Source of the DNA: Minisyncoccota bacterium
GTDB lineage: Bacteria > Patescibacteriota > Minisyncoccia > Phycocordibacterales > UBA9973
Assembly: GCA_021734995.1 (NCBI GenBank)
Contig: JAIPHX010000001.1
Coordinates: 1 to 50,589 of the forward strand
Length of the DNA stretch: 50,589 nucleotides
Direction of reading: 5' to 3'
Shown: in pieces, positions 48,308 to 50,589 of the stretch
Layout of the letters: every line of letters starts with the position of its first letter
How positions within the stretch are numbered: position 1 is the stretch's first letter
Position numbers and translations under genes: made by a program
Notes under the pieces: model-generated
The model's database searches: none
Told to the model about the DNA's origin: nothing
The model's input: the letters and a program-made list of their open reading frames with translations, nothing else

Positions 48308-50050
48308 TTAATAAACTTCCTGCTGATAACACTTTTCACAATAGACGATTTCTTGTCTTTCGGGCGCATAACTTGTTTCAAATTCATTAATGCATCCTTC
48401 TTTCATACATTTACGATGCCAGAGCTTCATAGGATTACGTTGAGCTAGTCTTTCATAGTGTCTGCAGTTGGGGCAAAGTCGAGGGATAGGTAAATTCATC
48501 CTTTTATAAAACTGAAGTTCTTCTGGAATGATTTTGAAGGCCTCTGTACAAGAATTATCACAGCTTAATTTTTGATGATTCTCTTTATTATGATGATCAC
48601 ATTCTATTACTTTTCCTATAATACTATCATCTACATCTTTAATATCATCAGGAATATTTTCTGTATTAATATCTATTTGATAATTTCTATTTTCTTTTTC
48701 AAACCAAATATATCCTTGTTTTATGGCTTCTTCTTTATTTAAAGGAAAATATTCTTGAGCGATACTATCATTATATGGGAATGCACTAAATTCAAGCGGA
48801 AAAAATTCACCATATTTATATATTCTTCCTTTACTATCTACGTAAGGCATATCATTCATATGTTTAATTATTTGGGGAACTAATTCTTCGTATTGTTCTT
48901 TTTTATATTGTTTATTTAAAATACAATATTGTTTATTTTTTAAGCCAGAGCAACCAAAAATATGTGAACATCCTATGCAATATAATGAATATTCACAATT
49001 TTGTGCTCCTTTATAAGAACGGCAACAGAATTTTATATCATAACAATTAGAACCAATAGACGAACATTCATATGATAATTCAGTATTTGCTCCCCATAAT
49101 GAACAATCATAGCAATCTTTTGCTTTCGGCGTAAAGAATAATTGAATATATTTACTATCTTCTACTTGATTTACATAATAACTTGAGAAGGTATTTTTAG
49201 AATTATTTATATATTCGCCAGAAATGTCTACATTAGAGCGTCCATCATAGAATTTTCTGATACTTTTCTTTATAAAATCTTTCGTATTCTCTTTAATTTC
49301 AGATATAGTTTTGTTTGAACCTAAATTAAAGCTAGAGATTAGTTTTTCATATTCCTCTTTTGAATATTGTTTATTATATATGCAGTATTTTTTACTACGT
49401 AAATTTGTACATCCAAAACAAAAACTACAACCAACTAAGTCTCTGGAAAACCATATATCCATAGAATTTTCACAATGAGAAGAAAAAAATGATCTATAGC
49501 ATTTTGTGAGAGCAAAAGATTGATAGCATAATTCTGATGAATCAATTCTTGTCACATCCATAGAATTTTTAACAATGTTAAGTTCTGCTGAATAACTACA
49601 ATTCTCAGCTGATGTTGTAACAAATACTAAATAACAGTTTTTAAGATCACTTGAACCAGCAGAATAGTCACTATCTATCATGTCCCATCCTGTCTGACTA
49701 GGTAAAGGTACAGTATGGAATAATTTCTTAATTTGACTTAAGAATGATTCATTTAGATTGATATCGATACCATAATCTAGGCCATCTAATTTATCACTCC
49801 ACCATATATCTTGCTCCCAAACTTTTACTTGCGCTTTTGGATGAAAAATTGAAAAAATTATTTTGTTAGTTATGTCACTTTTTCTCTTATATAAAACTCT
49901 ATGGTCACGAAATGCCATACGTCTTATCATTCTACATTCTGGGCAAAACGTCGGAGCAGGAACCTTGATCTTTTCATAAAACGAAAAATCATCTGGCTCA
50001 ATAATGAAGTCTTTTTTGCAGTTTTGGCAGTTTCTAGTTTCGGAATTCAT
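48308..50050 (-). CDS. Cys-rich zinc-ribbon/beta-helix-like protein of a CPR-expanded family
   Basis: CQNC...PTFCPECR..RR, repeated C..CFGC..L..K.YCI.NKQY, YGEFFP and a C-terminal C...C...VYCEKCYQQEVY. Confidence 0.85.
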   Translation of the reverse strand: MNSETRNCQNCKKDFIIEPDDFSFYEKIKVPAPTFCPECRMIRRMAFRDHRVLYKRKSDITNKIIFSIFHPKAQVKVWEQDIWWSDKLDGLDYGIDINLNESFLSQIKKLFHTVPLPSQTGWDMIDSDYSAGSSDLKNCYLVFVTTSAENCSYSAELNIVKNSMDVTRIDSSELCYQSFALTKCYRSFFSSHCENSMDIWFSRDLVGCSFCFGCTNLRSKKYCIYNKQYSKEEYEKLISSFNLGSNKTISEIKENTKDFIKKSIRKFYDGRSNVDISGEYINNSKNTFSSYYVNQVEDSKYIQLFFTPKAKDCYDCSLWGANTELSYECSSIGSNCYDIKFCCRSYKGAQNCEYSLYCIGCSHIFGCSGLKNKQYCILNKQYKKEQYEELVPQIIKHMNDMPYVDSKGRIYKYGEFFPLEFSAFPYNDSIAQEYFPLNKEEAIKQGYIWFEKENRNYQIDINTENIPDDIKDVDDSIIGKVIECDHHNKENHQKLSCDNSCTEAFKIIPEELQFYKRMNLPIPRLCPNCRHYERLAQRNPMKLWHRKCMKEGCINEFETSYAPERQEIVYCEKCYQQEVY

Positions 50051-50137
50051 ATATTTATTTTACCACAATACTTAAAATCTTATTAATCTATAAAAACTCC
50101 TACATAAACTGTAGAAACTGGAAGGAATGGAAACATT

Positions 50138-50155
50138 GTCCGCCCGGTAGGAATC
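50138..50155 (-). repeat. 18-bp duplicate of the tRNA-Lys 3' end (att-like)
   Basis: GTCCGCCCGGTAGGAATC is identical to 50299-50316. Confidence 0.93.
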
Positions 50156-50241
50156 TCGCCTTACAGGCGCAGGTGCTTTTCCGCTCACTTCGTTCGCATG
50201 GAAAAGCCTTTCGATTCCTACCCGTAAGCAAATAAATTTGC

Positions 50242-50303
50242 TTACTCGGGCTAAAAGAAATTAAAAACACCAAGCAGAAGCTTGGCATTTTTAATTTAGT
50301 CCG
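50242..50303. repeat. 62-bp hairpin repeat, copy B; also the terminator-like trailer of tRNA-Lys
   Basis: Matches 48113-48174; CCAAGC-N4-GCTTGG core flanked by ATTAAAAA/TTTTTAAT. Confidence 0.95.
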
Positions 50304-50372
50304 CCCGGTAGGAATCGAACCTACGACCATCTCCTTAAAAGGGAGCTGCTCTACCGACTGAGCTACGGGCGG
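50300..50372 (-). tRNA. tRNA-Lys(UUU), CCA not encoded
   Basis: CCGCCCG/CGGGCGG acceptor stem, GCTC/GAGC D-stem, anticodon loop CT-TTT-AA, GTAGG-TTCGATT-CCTAC T-arm, discriminator A. Confidence 0.95.
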
Positions 50373-50477
50373 GTAATTGCACAATATGTCAAATATATAG
50401 CAAAATGACTTTAAAATCAAGGCGTAAATATATTTAAAGCAGTTTTAATTTAATTTGCCAAAATTCAAGGGGATGAA

Positions 50478-50588
50478 CTAGCCTTGTTTTTTAAGCCACT
50501 CTATCATCTTTTTGTAAGTAGTAGGACCTGTTTCTCCATCAGCAGTCATTCCTTCGGCTTTTTGGAAGTTTATTACATCTGTTTTTGT
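50478..50588 (-). CDS. 3' end of a peptidoglycan-binding-domain (PG_binding_1) protein, truncated by the window edge
   Basis: Manual translation: TKTDVINFQKAEGMTADGETGPTTYKKMIEWLKKQG* (V..FQ...G...DG..GP.T motif). Confidence 0.8.
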   Translation of the reverse strand, partial: TKTDVINFQKAEGMTADGETGPTTYKKMIEWLKKQG

Positions 50589-50589
50589 G

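Noticed and set aside
50138-50224. Second, intron-containing tRNA
   Set aside because: Only the acceptor 3' strand and T-arm sequence are present; no D-arm or anticodon arm can be built.
50100-50420. 106-aa ORF
   Set aside because: It overlaps tRNA-Lys and the hairpin element entirely.
1-50589. Alternative genetic code (UGA=Gly, as in Gracilibacteria/Absconditabacteria)
   Set aside because: Conserved genes are full length under code 11 with no in-frame TGA interruptions.

Overview
AT-rich bacterial chromosomal window, standard genetic code, spanning the replication origin. Gene content and gene sizes point to a Patescibacteria/CPR (Parcubacteria-like) genome; this is an inference. 1-4931 holds two giant, repeat-laden proteins (the first runs off the window start) and a small DUF5663-like gene. 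pcrA and rsmA follow. 8051-26155 is an 18 kb co-oriented cluster of secreted/membrane proteins with a type IV secretion-like core (VirB6-like, PrgI, VirB4-like ATPase, pilin-lytic transglycosylase fusion) and no relaxase or integrase. The core origin region has jag, yidC, an inverted rpmH-rnpA-yidD block, dnaA, oriC, dnaN and a dciA-like gene. Then come a class A PBP, tyrS, an unannotated 55-aa hyperacidic ORF, ruvC-yebC-ruvB, an unannotated ~150-nt rod-shaped RNA candidate (6S-like), a PilB/GspE ATPase, polA and a holA-like gene. 43805-50300 looks like an accessory tract downstream of tRNA-Lys(UUU). It contains direct and inverted copies of the tRNA 3' end and a 62-bp hairpin repeat bracketing a gene, with no integrase present. 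Top candidates for undescribed biology: (1) the tRNA-anchored hairpin/cassette array; (2) a ~90-aa 'GEG(I/V)EH' domain shared by a putative effector and a T4SS-cluster adhesin; (3) an HTH fused to a degenerate class Ic aaRS-like domain; (4) the 6S-like RNA. All calls come from reading the sequence by eye; no searches were run.
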